A model generated the notes under the pieces. The model had not been told where the DNA came from. It was given only the letters and a program-made list of their open reading frames with translations, and ran no database searches. 49,974 nucleotides of DNA, from NCBI GenBank assembly GCA_022821935.1, contig JAJECR010000159.1, positions 1 through 49,974 on the forward strand. Reading direction: 5' to 3'. Of this stretch, positions 10,038 to 20,100 are shown piece after piece. Position 1 is the stretch's first letter, and each line of letters opens with the position of its first letter. This stretch comes from Candidatus Latescibacterota bacterium. Lineage in GTDB: Bacteria; JAAXHH01. The position numbers were made by a program, and so were the translations under genes.

Positions 10038-11153
10038 GTGCGGATCGTCGAGGTTTCTGCGCTGGTTTTGCGGCTGCCGGAAATTACGGAAGCCTGTGAC
10101 GGAACGCAGGATACCTGCCTGGTAAAAATCGAAACGGACGAAGGCGTAACGGGCTGGGGCGAAGTCGATTCGTGTCCCACCGTGGTAAAGGCCGTCATCG
10201 ACGCGCCCCTGTCCCACCAGATCTGCAACGGCCTGGCCAACGCGCTGTCCGGCGCCGATCCCCTGGATATCGACGCGTGCACGGACCGGATGATGGACGC
10301 GGCAAATTACTATGGCCGGGTCGGCGCAGGCCGGCACGCCATGGCGGGCGTCAACCTGGCGCTCTGGGACATCGCCGGGAAGGCGAGCGGGCAGCCCGTC
10401 TACCAGCTCCTGGGCGGCGCGCGCAGGCTCAGGTTCCGGGCCTATGCTTCCGTCCTGTTCGGCGACACGCCCGCGGCGACCCGGACCATCGGCCGGAAGT
10501 TCGCCGACCAGGGATTCACTGCGGTCAAGTTCGGCTGGGGCCCCATGGGCAAGGACGAGAAGCAGGACGTCGCACTGGTGCGGGAAGCCCGGCGGGGAAC
10601 AGGTGACGACGTGGACGTACTCATCGACGCGGGGCAGGTGTGGGACTGGGAGACCGCGCTAACCCGGTCGCGGCAGTTTGCCGAATACCGGCCCTTCTGG
10701 ATCGAAGAACCGCTGCACCCGGACGATATCGAAGGGTACGCCGCGCTGACCGCGGAGAGCCCGGTTCCCATTGCCACCGGAGAAGCCGAATCCCGTCTCG
10801 AGGATTTCGAACGCCTGATCACCGAGGGTGGACTGGACTGGATTCAACCCGACCCGGGCCGTTGCGGCATCTCGACGATGACGGCGGCGGGGCGGACTGC
10901 CCACGGCCACGGTCGCAAGGTCGTCAACCACAGTTACAAGAGCGGCATCACCATGGCGGCGTCGCTCCACGCGCTGGCTTCCCTGCCCAACGCGTCCGTC
11001 TTCGAATTCTGCATGTCGGATTCGCCGCTTCGGCACGAACTGACCCACGAGCGGTTTACTCTCGATGACGACGGATTCGTGGCGGTCCCCGACGGACCCG
11101 GACTGGGCGTCACGGTGAACGAGGAAACCATAGCCCGGTACCGTGTCGCGTGA
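10038..11153 (+). CDS. enolase-superfamily (mandelate racemase/muconate lactonizing enzyme family) sugar-acid dehydratase candidate
   Basis: Metal-ligand pattern LIDAG ... WIEEP ... IATGE, with the capping-domain motif GWGE near the N-terminus. The GTG at 10038 has GGAGGA 7 nt upstream; the ORF is open from 10014, so the start is uncertain. Confidence 0.85.
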   Translation: MRIVEVSALVLRLPEITEACDGTQDTCLVKIETDEGVTGWGEVDSCPTVVKAVIDAPLSHQICNGLANALSGADPLDIDACTDRMMDAANYYGRVGAGRHAMAGVNLALWDIAGKASGQPVYQLLGGARRLRFRAYASVLFGDTPAATRTIGRKFADQGFTAVKFGWGPMGKDEKQDVALVREARRGTGDDVDVLIDAGQVWDWETALTRSRQFAEYRPFWIEEPLHPDDIEGYAALTAESPVPIATGEAESRLEDFERLITEGGLDWIQPDPGRCGISTMTAAGRTAHGHGRKVVNHSYKSGITMAASLHALASLPNASVFEFCMSDSPLRHELTHERFTLDDDGFVAVPDGPGLGVTVNEETIARYRVA

Positions 11154-11225
11154 CGACCGCAACGATTTCACGCGGAAATGCCGCACGGTCCACATTCCTA
11201 CGATCCAATCTCAAGGAGTTCCACG

Positions 11226-11627
11226 ATGGCCCCACCGAACCCAGTCATGCATGCCGCGCTAAACAGGATCAATATCGATGAGATCAAGGAACGGATCGGT
11301 CCCCCGCCCGCCTCCTGCGCCGTCGTAGCCGCGGACCACGTGACGGCAGCGTTCATCTGGCAGGAATCAGGTACGATCAACGACAACCACTGCCACGACT
11401 ACGACGAATGGTGGCTGGTGCTGGAGGGAGAGATCGACTGGGTGATCGAGGGCCGAGACGAAACCGTCCACGCGAAGGCGGGCGATTTCATCTACGTGCC
11501 GGCCCTGACTTTCCATCATATATTCCCCGTGGGCGGCAAGCCATCGATCCGTCTCGGCGTCGCCCTGACGGGGCACGGGCACCTGCACGAGCGTCCGGAG
11601 CGCAAGGTGAAAGTCACGTTGGAGTAG
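11226..11627 (+). CDS. cupin domain protein
   Basis: Cupin motifs HCHDYDEWWLVLEGE and GDFIYVPALTFHH. The ATG at 11226 is preceded by AAGGAG. Confidence 0.7.
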   Translation: MAPPNPVMHAALNRINIDEIKERIGPPPASCAVVAADHVTAAFIWQESGTINDNHCHDYDEWWLVLEGEIDWVIEGRDETVHAKAGDFIYVPALTFHHIFPVGGKPSIRLGVALTGHGHLHERPERKVKVTLE

Positions 11628-11647
11628 AACCGCAACGGAGTGGATCC

Positions 11648-12307
11648 ATGTCTACGAGAGCTGAAAACCTAGCAAGCATCAAGGCCGGGGGCGTGGTCGC
11701 GGTGCTCCGGGCCGACAGCCCCGACAATCTGGTCCATGTCGCCCAGGCCATTGGCAGGGGCGGTATCGGGGCCGTCGAGATCACCATGACGACGCCCGGC
11801 GCCCTTGATGTCATCGGCGCATGCGCGGACCGGCTGGAGGGCGAGCTCCTCCTCGGCGCGGGCACCGTGCTGGACCCCGAGACAGCCCGTGCCGCGATAC
11901 TGGCCGGGGCCGAGTATATCGTTACGCCGACGCTGAACCCGGACGTCATCACCCTCTGCCGGCGGTACGACAAGATCGTCATTCCCGGCGCGTTGACGCC
12001 GACGGAGATCCTGACGGCCTGGGAGTGCGGGGCGGACATCGTGAAGGTGTTTCCCGCAACGGCGGTCGGACCCCGGTATTTCAAGGACGTCAGGGCGCCG
12101 CTTCCCCAGGTCGATCTCATGCCGACGGGCGGGGTGGACCTGGATAACGCGGGCGACTTCATCCGGGCGGGCGCCTGCGCCATCGCTGTGGGCGGGAACC
12201 TGGTCGACAAGGCCGCCGTGGCCGCGGGCGAATGGCACGTGCTCACCGATACGGCCCGAAAATACGTGGAAACGGTCCGCAACGCGCGGCGGGACGGTGG
12301 TGGATGA
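11648..12307 (+). CDS. eda: 2-dehydro-3-deoxyphosphogluconate / 4-hydroxy-2-oxoglutarate aldolase
   Basis: VAVLRA ... AVEITMTTPGALDVI ... GAGTVLD ... PGALTPTEI ... VKVFPA (Schiff-base Lys context). About 219 aa. Confidence 0.85.
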   Translation: MSTRAENLASIKAGGVVAVLRADSPDNLVHVAQAIGRGGIGAVEITMTTPGALDVIGACADRLEGELLLGAGTVLDPETARAAILAGAEYIVTPTLNPDVITLCRRYDKIVIPGALTPTEILTAWECGADIVKVFPATAVGPRYFKDVRAPLPQVDLMPTGGVDLDNAGDFIRAGACAIAVGGNLVDKAAVAAGEWHVLTDTARKYVETVRNARRDGGG

Positions 12308-13194
12308 TCCGCAAGGCCGTGGTGCCCGTCGCGGGCCTGGGCACGCGGATGCTTCCGCTTACGCTATCCGTTCCCAAGGAAATGCTGCCCCTGGGCCGCA
12401 AACCTGCGATACACCGCGTCGTGGATGAACTGGCGGCCGCGGGGATCGAACGCATCCTCTTCGTGACGTCCAGCCGCAAACAAGCGATCGAGGAATACTT
12501 CGAACCCGGCGGGCGGGCAGACTTGCAGGGGCCCCGCGCACACCGTGAACACCCTGGTCGGGATCAGTCGGATCAGACCGGACCGCCCGCGCTTGACTAT
12601 TCATTCGTCCGACAGGACGTCCCGGCCGGCAACGGAGATGCCGTACGGCTGGCCGCGTCCTTCGCGGGATCGGACTCCTTCGTCGTGGCCTGGGGTGACG
12701 CCGTCATCCGGTCGGAGGAGGAAGGCGACGTCGTGCGGCACATGATGGAGACCCACGCGAAGGAGGACGCCGCGTGTACCATCGCGGTGGAATACGTACC
12801 CGAAGAGATGGTGTCGAGGTACGGTATCGTACGGCCCAGGTACGAATCCGGCACGGCATTTCCCATCGATGATATCGTGGAGAAGCCGTCCGTGGAAAAT
12901 GCGCCCAGCCGATACGCCGTGTCGGCCCGGTACATATGCGGCCCGGGCATCTTCCCGGCGCTGGAGGCGACGCCGCGGGGAAGTAAGGGCGAACTGTGGC
13001 TTGCCGACGCGATCCGCTACCTGCTCCGGGCGGGCGGAACGGTATGGTGCGTTCCCCTCGAAACTGGCAACAGGCGCTACGACATCGGCACGCCCCTGAC
13101 CTACTGGGAAGCCTTTGCCGACTACGCCCTGGCAGATGAGACGGACGGAACGGCCTTTCGGGATCGCCTGAAAGGGCGGTTGAACGAGTCATGA
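12304..13194 (+). CDS. sugar-1-phosphate nucleotidyltransferase, GalU-like
   Basis: The N-terminus KAVVPVAGLGTRMLPLTLSVPKEMLPL matches the GalU signature. The start overlaps the eda stop (ATGA). Confidence 0.8.
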   Translation: MIRKAVVPVAGLGTRMLPLTLSVPKEMLPLGRKPAIHRVVDELAAAGIERILFVTSSRKQAIEEYFEPGGRADLQGPRAHREHPGRDQSDQTGPPALDYSFVRQDVPAGNGDAVRLAASFAGSDSFVVAWGDAVIRSEEEGDVVRHMMETHAKEDAACTIAVEYVPEEMVSRYGIVRPRYESGTAFPIDDIVEKPSVENAPSRYAVSARYICGPGIFPALEATPRGSKGELWLADAIRYLLRAGGTVWCVPLETGNRRYDIGTPLTYWEAFADYALADETDGTAFRDRLKGRLNES

Positions 13195-13274
13195 TCAGCG
13201 TGCGCATACCGCATGCCAGGTGCGTTTCGGCGCGCATACCGTCTTGAACAACTCGTGCCAGTCGGCGCGCGCCA

Positions 13275-14270
13275 ATGGGAGTCCAGGTGAACGGAACCGT
13301 TACCGCATCCGCGCCCGGCCGCGTCGGCATTGTAGGCAATCCGACCGACATGTACGGCGGCAGCGTGATCTCGTGCTCGACGAAGGAAAGGGCAAGCGTC
13401 GTGATTCGGCCGGCGGACCGCCTGATCCTGGACGCCGGCGCCGAACAGCGGGTCATCGCGTCGCCGGACGACCTGGCCACAAGGGAAGACATTTTCGATA
13501 TCGCCCGGGTCGCGCTGGCCGGTACCGAATCGTCGGACCTGCGCGTCAGGATCTCGTGGTCGACCGATATCCCCTTCCGCGCCGGCCTGTCGGGGTCTAC
13601 CGCACTGCTCGTATCCATGGTCGCCGGCCTGCTCGCCTACCGCGGCATCCGCCACAGTCCGTACCACCTGGCGGAACTCGTCCGCCGGATCGAGTACCAG
13701 AACCTGACTTTCTGCGGGTACCAGGACGCCTACATGTGTACCTTCGGCGGGTTGCATTATATGGATTTCAGGGGAAAGGAATTCCACCTGGAATACGGGA
13801 CCGATCCTTTTGCCACTATGGAGCCGATGACCTCCGTCGTGACGCTGCCGGTCGTCGTGGTCATCACGGGGGGACAGCGCGTATCCGGGGGCGTGCATAC
13901 GCCGCTTAGAGAACGGTGGCTCGCCGGAGAAACCGAAGTGGTCGAAGCCTACGATGCCATCGCGGCCCTGGCCCGGGACGGCAAGAAAGCGATGCTTGAA
14001 AACCGGCTCGACACACTGGGAAAGCTGATGAACGAAAACCAGGCATTGACGCAGTCACTCGGCGGATCCAACCCGGAGGACGACCGGTTCATCGAACTCG
14101 CCCGGCAGGCGGGCGCGTCCGGCGCCAAGCTCGCGGGCAGCAGCGGCGCCATCGTCGCGCTTCACGAATCACCCCACGAACTGATCCGGACCATGACGGA
14201 GGCCGGCGCCGCGGGCATACTCGAACCCGTGCCGGGACCGGGGCTCACCATCGAACGAAAAGACGCTTAA
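13275..14270 (+). CDS. GHMP-family sugar/sugar-acid kinase (from memory, the N-terminus resembles glucuronokinase-type kinases)
   Basis: GRVGIVGNPTDMYGG at the N-terminus, and the GHMP motif II PFRAGLSGSTALLVSMV. Confidence 0.8.
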   Translation: MGVQVNGTVTASAPGRVGIVGNPTDMYGGSVISCSTKERASVVIRPADRLILDAGAEQRVIASPDDLATREDIFDIARVALAGTESSDLRVRISWSTDIPFRAGLSGSTALLVSMVAGLLAYRGIRHSPYHLAELVRRIEYQNLTFCGYQDAYMCTFGGLHYMDFRGKEFHLEYGTDPFATMEPMTSVVTLPVVVVITGGQRVSGGVHTPLRERWLAGETEVVEAYDAIAALARDGKKAMLENRLDTLGKLMNENQALTQSLGGSNPEDDRFIELARQAGASGAKLAGSSGAIVALHESPHELIRTMTEAGAAGILEPVPGPGLTIERKDA

Positions 14271-14279
14271 GGAGCCGTC

Positions 14280-15572
14280 GTGAACATCACGCTTGACTAC
14301 CATAAGACTGGGCTCGAAGTGACTGTGCCTGACGAGCATCTCGTGGCGGTCCTTAACATGCGGGAGACGCCGCCGCTGGATGACCCCGTGGCCGAGACCT
14401 GGGAGGCGCTGCGCCGGCCCGTGGCGGGCCCGCCGCTCGCGGAACTCGCCCGGGGACGCCGGAACGCCTGCGTGGTCGTCTCCGACATTACCCGGCCCGT
14501 GCCCCACGACATCATCCTGCAACCCCTCCTGGAATGCCTGGAGCGAAGCGGGATCAGGCCGGAGGACATCACCCTCCTGGTCGCCACGGGTCTGCACGCC
14601 CCCATGGACGAAGCCCAGCTCCGCGAGATCCTGACCGACGCCGTGGTCGACCGCTATCCCGTCGTAAACCATATCGCGCGCAACGGAGACGAACAGGCCC
14701 ATCTGGGCGCCACGAGCACCGGGATACCGATCCACGTGGACCGCAGGTACGTGGAGAGCGATCTCAAGGTGCTTACCGGTCTGATCGAAGCCCATTTCAT
14801 GGCCGGGTATTCGGGTGGACGCAAGCTGGTCGCGCCGGGACTCGTCGGCGTGGAGACGATCGAGCACCTGCATGGTCCGGATATCCTCGAACACCCCCGC
14901 GCCACGACGGGCGTGCTGGACGGCAACCCGCTCCACGAAGCAGCTCTCGAGATCGCCCGGCGGGCCGGGGTCGATTTCATTCTCAATGTCGCCATGGACG
15001 AGGACCGCCGCGTCACCGGGGTGTTTGCCGGCGAACTCGATCAGGCGCACCGCCACGGTGTAGGCCACGTGGACGGCATGGTCATGGCTACCGTCGAGGA
15101 ACCGGTGGACATCGTAGTCACCTCGTCGGCCGGCTATCCCCTGGACACCACCTTCTACCAGGCCGTGAAGGGCATGGTCGGCGTGCTGGACATCCTCCGG
15201 GAAGGCGGATCCATCGTCATCGCCGCCGGATGCGCCGACGGGATCGGCAGCGCGGAGTTCGAGGGGCTGCTGCGGAAGACGACGGATATCGACGCCTTTA
15301 TCGAATGGATCCGGCAGCCGGGCGTGTTCACCATCGACCAGTGGGAGATCGAGGAATTGGTCAAGGCGTTGAAGAAAGGCAAGATATACCTGTACACGGA
15401 AGGATTGAGTGACGACGACGCGCGGGCCTGCCTGGTCGAGCCCGTCCCGTCCGTCGAGGCCGGCATAGCGCGGGCCATCGGGCGCCACGGAGCCGACGCC
15501 ACCATAGCGGTCGTCCCGCGAGGGCCTTATGTCATTCCCCGGGTGCGCCGGGGACAGGACGCAGCGGGGTAG
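14280..15572 (+). CDS. LarA-like nickel-pincer-dependent 2-hydroxyacid racemase/epimerase homologue (DUF2088 N-terminal domain)
   Basis: GTG start with AAGGAG upstream. VVVSDITRPVP, and HFMAGYSGGRK (the LarA Lys that tethers the nickel-pincer cofactor lies in a GGRK context). About 430 aa, as for LarA. Confidence 0.85.
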   Translation: MNITLDYHKTGLEVTVPDEHLVAVLNMRETPPLDDPVAETWEALRRPVAGPPLAELARGRRNACVVVSDITRPVPHDIILQPLLECLERSGIRPEDITLLVATGLHAPMDEAQLREILTDAVVDRYPVVNHIARNGDEQAHLGATSTGIPIHVDRRYVESDLKVLTGLIEAHFMAGYSGGRKLVAPGLVGVETIEHLHGPDILEHPRATTGVLDGNPLHEAALEIARRAGVDFILNVAMDEDRRVTGVFAGELDQAHRHGVGHVDGMVMATVEEPVDIVVTSSAGYPLDTTFYQAVKGMVGVLDILREGGSIVIAAGCADGIGSAEFEGLLRKTTDIDAFIEWIRQPGVFTIDQWEIEELVKALKKGKIYLYTEGLSDDDARACLVEPVPSVEAGIARAIGRHGADATIAVVPRGPYVIPRVRRGQDAAG

Positions 15573-15712
15573 TGCGCTGGCGTGAACGCGCCTGGAATCA
15601 GACCGCCGGACCGGTTTGCCGCCGTATCCTGCGGACAGCATACCGCAGGAAGGTTTGCCGCCGCGGCCGGAAGACCGCGGATTTCGAAACCGCGGCCCGA
15701 AAAGAGTCTCCC

Positions 15713-16240
15713 ATGACCTCCAACAGGTATGTCCACCAGACTCCCCGTATCCATCCCTCCGCCTTCGTGGCGGAAAGCGCGGACCTGATCGGGGCGGTCG
15801 ATATCGGCAGGGACGCGAGCGTGTGGTACCAGGTGGTGATCCGGGCCGACGACGAGCCGGTTTCCATCGGCGAGGGGACCAACGTACAGGACGGCAGCGT
15901 ACTCCACATCGACGCCGGAATGCCCACCGTGCTTGGGAAGGGCGTGACCGTGGGACACCGCGCCATCGTACACGGCGCGGTAGTGGAAGACCACGTGCTG
16001 ATCTCCATGGGCGCCGTGATCCTCAGCGGCGCGCGCATAGGCAGGCACAGCATCATCGGCGCCGGCGCGCTGGTACTGGAGCACATGGAGGTGCCGTCGG
16101 GAACCCTTGTGGTAGGCGTTCCCGGACGCGTAGTACGTTCCGTCACGGACGAGCAGATCAAGCGCATTCACCGGACCGCGGAAGGGTACGTCGAACGAAG
16201 TAAAGTCTATCATGAACGGCGCGCTCGTAAAAACGCGTGA
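15713..16240 (+). CDS. gamma-carbonic-anhydrase-like / hexapeptide-repeat (left-handed beta-helix) protein
   Basis: Start at MTSNRY. Repeated hexapeptide pattern (IHPSAFV, IGAVDIG, IGEGTNV, VGHRAIVHG), as in the YrdA/PaaY family. Confidence 0.85.
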   Translation: MTSNRYVHQTPRIHPSAFVAESADLIGAVDIGRDASVWYQVVIRADDEPVSIGEGTNVQDGSVLHIDAGMPTVLGKGVTVGHRAIVHGAVVEDHVLISMGAVILSGARIGRHSIIGAGALVLEHMEVPSGTLVVGVPGRVVRSVTDEQIKRIHRTAEGYVERSKVYHERRARKNA

Positions 16241-16289
16241 CCTCTCCAATTTCGACGTTCCATGCACCGTGTCCGACGTCAAAATCAAC

Positions 16290-16318
16290 TTGACTTTTTC
16301 GGTCCCGAACCGTAATTT
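16290..16318 (+). promoter_or_regulatory. sigma70-like promoter candidate: TTGACT-N17-TAATTT
   Basis: The -35 and -10 hexamers were read directly. The -10 ends 26 nt before the tRNA-Arg 5' end. Confidence 0.45.
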
Positions 16319-16344
16319 CTGGTGCTCTGATTTGCTGACCCTGA

Positions 16345-16418
16345 GCGCCTGTAGCTCAATTGGATAGAGCACCTGACTACGGATCAGGAGGTTGGGGGTT
16401 CGACTCCCTCCGGGCGTA
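16345..16418 (+). tRNA. tRNA-Arg (anticodon ACG)
   Basis: Cloverleaf folded by hand: acceptor GCGCCTG/CGGGCGT, D arm GCTC..GAGC, anticodon stem CCTGA/TCAGG with loop CTACGGA, T arm GGGGG-TTCGACT-CCCTC. Confidence 0.9.
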
Positions 16419-16439
16419 TATTTAACGGGACGCGGAAGC

Positions 16440-16973
16440 ATGAGTTGCGACCACGGTGAACACGAAGGATGGCTTCGGCTGGCGCTTGAAGAAGCCAGGT
16501 CGGCCGAGGCCGCTGGCGATGTGCCTGTAGGGGCCGTGATCGTACACGACGGCGTGGTCATCGGACGGGGTCAGAATCGCGTGGAGCGTTTACGCGACCC
16601 TACGGCCCATGCTGAAATGCTCGCGATCCGCGAGGCCTGCGCCGCGCTGGGGTATGAACGGCTGGATGGCGCCACGCTCTACGTTACGCTGGAACCCTGT
16701 GCCATGTGCGCGGGAGCGATCGTGCTGGCCCGCTTGCATAGCCTGGTGTACGGTGCGGCCGATCCCAAGACCGGGGCCTGTGGTTCCCTTCGCGATATCG
16801 TGCGGGACAACCGGCTGAATCACCAGGTGGAGGTAACTGGAGGTGTTCTGTCGGAATCCTGCTCCGAACTGCTGAAGGATTTCTTCCGGGAGAAACGGAG
16901 CGCGAGCGGACCAGGCGGAGCGAGCAGCCCGGCTGTCGAACCGAGGTTACCGGAGAGGTGCGAGAGTGGTTGA
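16440..16973 (+). CDS. tadA: tRNA adenosine(34) deaminase
   Basis: CDA-fold zinc motifs HAEMLAIREA and LEPCAMCAGAI. The ATG lies 21 nt after the tRNA-Arg. The C-terminal ~7 codons run into the next tRNA gene. Confidence 0.9.
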   Translation: MSCDHGEHEGWLRLALEEARSAEAAGDVPVGAVIVHDGVVIGRGQNRVERLRDPTAHAEMLAIREACAALGYERLDGATLYVTLEPCAMCAGAIVLARLHSLVYGAADPKTGACGSLRDIVRDNRLNHQVEVTGGVLSESCSELLKDFFREKRSASGPGGASSPAVEPRLPERCESG

Positions 16974-17036
16974 ATCGGACGGTCTCGAAAACCGTTGTGC
17001 CTCCGGGCACCGTGGGTTCGAATCCCACCCTCTCCG
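16952..17036 (+). tRNA. tRNA-Ser (anticodon CGA), class II with long variable arm
   Basis: Acceptor GGAGAGG/CCTCTCC, anticodon stem ACGGT/ACCGT with loop CTCGAAA, long variable arm, T arm GTGGG-TTCGAAT-CCCAC. Confidence 0.9.
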
Positions 17037-17152
17037 TTTGTATATCCCATTGCGTTGACGTCCTTGTTGAACACCTGCGCTGACATTCACAGCTTACCCC
17101 TCTTTGCACATTCCTCGTTGTACCATTTTGATCTGCCACAATAAGCGACGGG

Positions 17153-20100
17153 CTAGATATTACAGGGTTCTGAAAGTTCTCTGACCGGCACGCCCCTCAA
17201 CCAAGTCTGGAATTCGGCATCGGCAGGTATGCAGATCGATGTTCCCAGGGTAAGTAGATGGGTGAGACTGAGCGAGGTTATTTGCCGCGGAAGCCTGCCA
17301 GACATATCCATGTTATGCCTTATGTCGAATTCTTTCAGGTTCGTCAGTCGGGCGATTTCCGTTGAGACGGATCCCGACAGACGGTTGATAGAAAGTCTCA
17401 GTCCCTCCAGTTTGTCGAGGCGCCAGATTTCCCTTGGAATGACTCCCGTCAGCAGACCCTCTGAAAGATCCAGAAGGGTAAGGTTCTTAAGTTGTCCAAT
17501 CTCCTCAGGTATATGCCCCGATAGTCGGTTGGTTCCCAGGATTAGCGTGGTTAGACTTGTAAGTTCCCCGATTTCGTCTGGGATGTCGCCCTCCAGATCG
17601 TTATCATCCAGCCTCAATATCTCCAGGTTAGATAGCTGTCCTATCTCTGGTGGAATCGTACCCGTCAATGCGTTTTCCTGAAGCAGCAAAGTAGTGAGGT
17701 TCCCGAGTTGTCCGATTTCCGGTGGTATGGTACCGGAGATGTCGTTGTACGCTAAATAAAGTGTCTCGAGATGCTGGAGTTTACCGATCTCGGCGGGAAT
17801 ACTCTCGGAAATACTGTTCCTCTCGAGGTATAGTCGCTTCAATTTGGAGAGTTCTTCGATCTCAGGTGGAATCTCTCCTGTCAGGTCGTTGGCAAACATG
17901 TTTATTTCAGCCACTCTGTCCTCTTCGTCAACCACAATACCATACCAGGTTTCTATCGGACTCTGACTCAACCAGTTGTTCTTGTCCTTCCATCCGGGTC
18001 CGTTCGTAGCATTGAAAAACGCGGTGAGCGCATCCAGGTCGGGATGTGGGTTAATGACGCCACAGGTCTCGTAACTGACGTGTTCGACCGTACTGAGCCA
18101 GTCTTGAAACTCGTCGTCTTCGGAGAAGCAGAACTGGGTGCCGGTCAGTAGAAGCGTATCCAGATCGAGACGCGTGATCTCTGGAGGCAGTGGCCCGCCA
18201 ATATTTGGATTGTCGGAGAGATCAAGATGTGTAAGGAATCTTAAAAGGTATATTTCCGAAGGCAACCTTCCCTGCAAGTTGTTCTCAGCGAGTTGCAGGC
18301 CGGTTACGCGTCCGTCTTCATTCGTGGTCACACCGTGCCAGGTGCCTACGTATTCGTTACTTCCCCAGCCGTCGTTGTCGGTCCAGTTGCGACCTCGGGT
18401 ACGATTATACAGTGCATCCAGTGCGATTCGATCGAACCTGAGATCATCGCAGTTGGTGATGCGTCTATCCGGAATCCCCTCCAGCCATGCTTCAATATCG
18501 CTTGCGTTTTGCGCACATATCTGCGTGCCGTATAATATCAAATGCTCCAGATTGTGAAGTTTTGTGTATTCGTGTGGAAGATAACCGGTTAGACCGATAT
18601 TGTTCTGAAGTTGCAGATTAACGAGGTTCCCCAACTCGCCCATTGTGGGAGGAAGAGGTCCCGTCAGAAGATTGCCGGAAAGATCCAGAATCTCCAGTTC
18701 AGTCAACTTCCCCAACTCATAAGGTATGTCCCCCGAAATCATGTTATCTGGAAGTGAGATTGATCGCACTTGCCCATTCGTATTGGTCTCGACTCCGAAC
18801 CATTCGCCGATTGGCCGGTCTGTGAGCCAGTTCTGCCGTTCTGTCCAGTTTCCTCCTCCCATCTCATTGTACATAACGGCCAGGACATCGCGGTCCGAAC
18901 CTGTAAACTCACACGAGGCAATGCGATCTGAAGATTGGATTTCCAACAACCAGTCATAGAACTCGGCATCTAGGGGTGCGCACAGCGCTGTGTTTTGCGC
19001 ATACAGCCTGACCTGACCGATGTTGAGAAACTCTCTGGGCAGTGGTCCGGAAAGGTCGGGGTTGTCATTGAGGAAGAGTGCTTCCAGTCGATGTAGCTGT
19101 CCCATCTCTGGAGGAAGGGGTCCCGACAGTTGATTATGGGACAGCACCAGAGTTGTAAGGTGTGTAAGCTGTCCCAGTTCCGCGGGTATTGACCCAGTCA
19201 ACTGGTTACCGTTTAAAAACACCTCCACGACATTTGCGAGTTGCCCCGTTTCCGGTGGTATAGATCCTGTCAGTCTGTTTTCGTGGAGAAACAGCGCCTC
19301 TAACTGGCTCAGTTGCCCAATCTCCCGCGGTATGCTACCTGTCAACTGAGAATTGTTCAGTACGAGCTGTTCGAGTTTCGCCAGGCGACCTAACTCAGGT
19401 GGAATGGAACCTTCTAGTTCATTATCTGACAAGTCCAGTTTCTCGAGATGGGACAACTGCCCGAATTCACCGGGAATCCGACCTTTTAGGTTGTTCGAAC
19501 GAAGCCATAATTCCCTGACATTGCCCTGGCTATCCACAGTAACGTTTGCCCACTCACTCACTGGTTTCTCGCTCAGCCAGTTAGAAGATCTGTTCCAGTT
19601 TGCTCCATCAGTCTGGTTGTAAAGTAAGACCAGGATCTCCCTGTCAGGACTTCGTACCGAAACTGTAACCGGAACTTCGATTCTAAGCCCTCTGTGTCTC
19701 GCAACGATTACTGTGCTGCCGTTACCAACTGCGGTTACCAACCCCTGGTTGTTGACGGTTGCGATATCCGTTTCGTAGCTCAACCACGTCACGCTGGCCT
19801 GCGGTATCGGATTCTCATTCGAATCCTGTATGATTGCTGTTAGTTGAACCGTCTCTCCGACAGCCGATAACATGACAATCGAAGGCTCGACGACAAACTT
19901 GTCTAATTCTTGTGACACCCGAACCTCGACACTTGCCGTCACACTCCCTGATCTCGCCGTGATATTCACAGTTCCGACACCGACTGCAGTTACCAGGCCC
20001 TGAGCGTTGACCGTCGCTACACCTGAGTTGCTGCTCGACCAAGCCACCTGAGCGTCGTTTATCGTCCTGTTGTTTTGAGCCAAGACCTGGGCTGTAAGTT

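Noticed and set aside
16392-16439. The upstream extension of the tadA ORF (track start 16392), and a possible TATATT -10 at 16417 inside or after the tRNA.
   Set aside because: The extension overlaps the tRNA-Arg gene. The putative internal promoter has a poor -35 (TTGGGG) and a 19-nt spacer.
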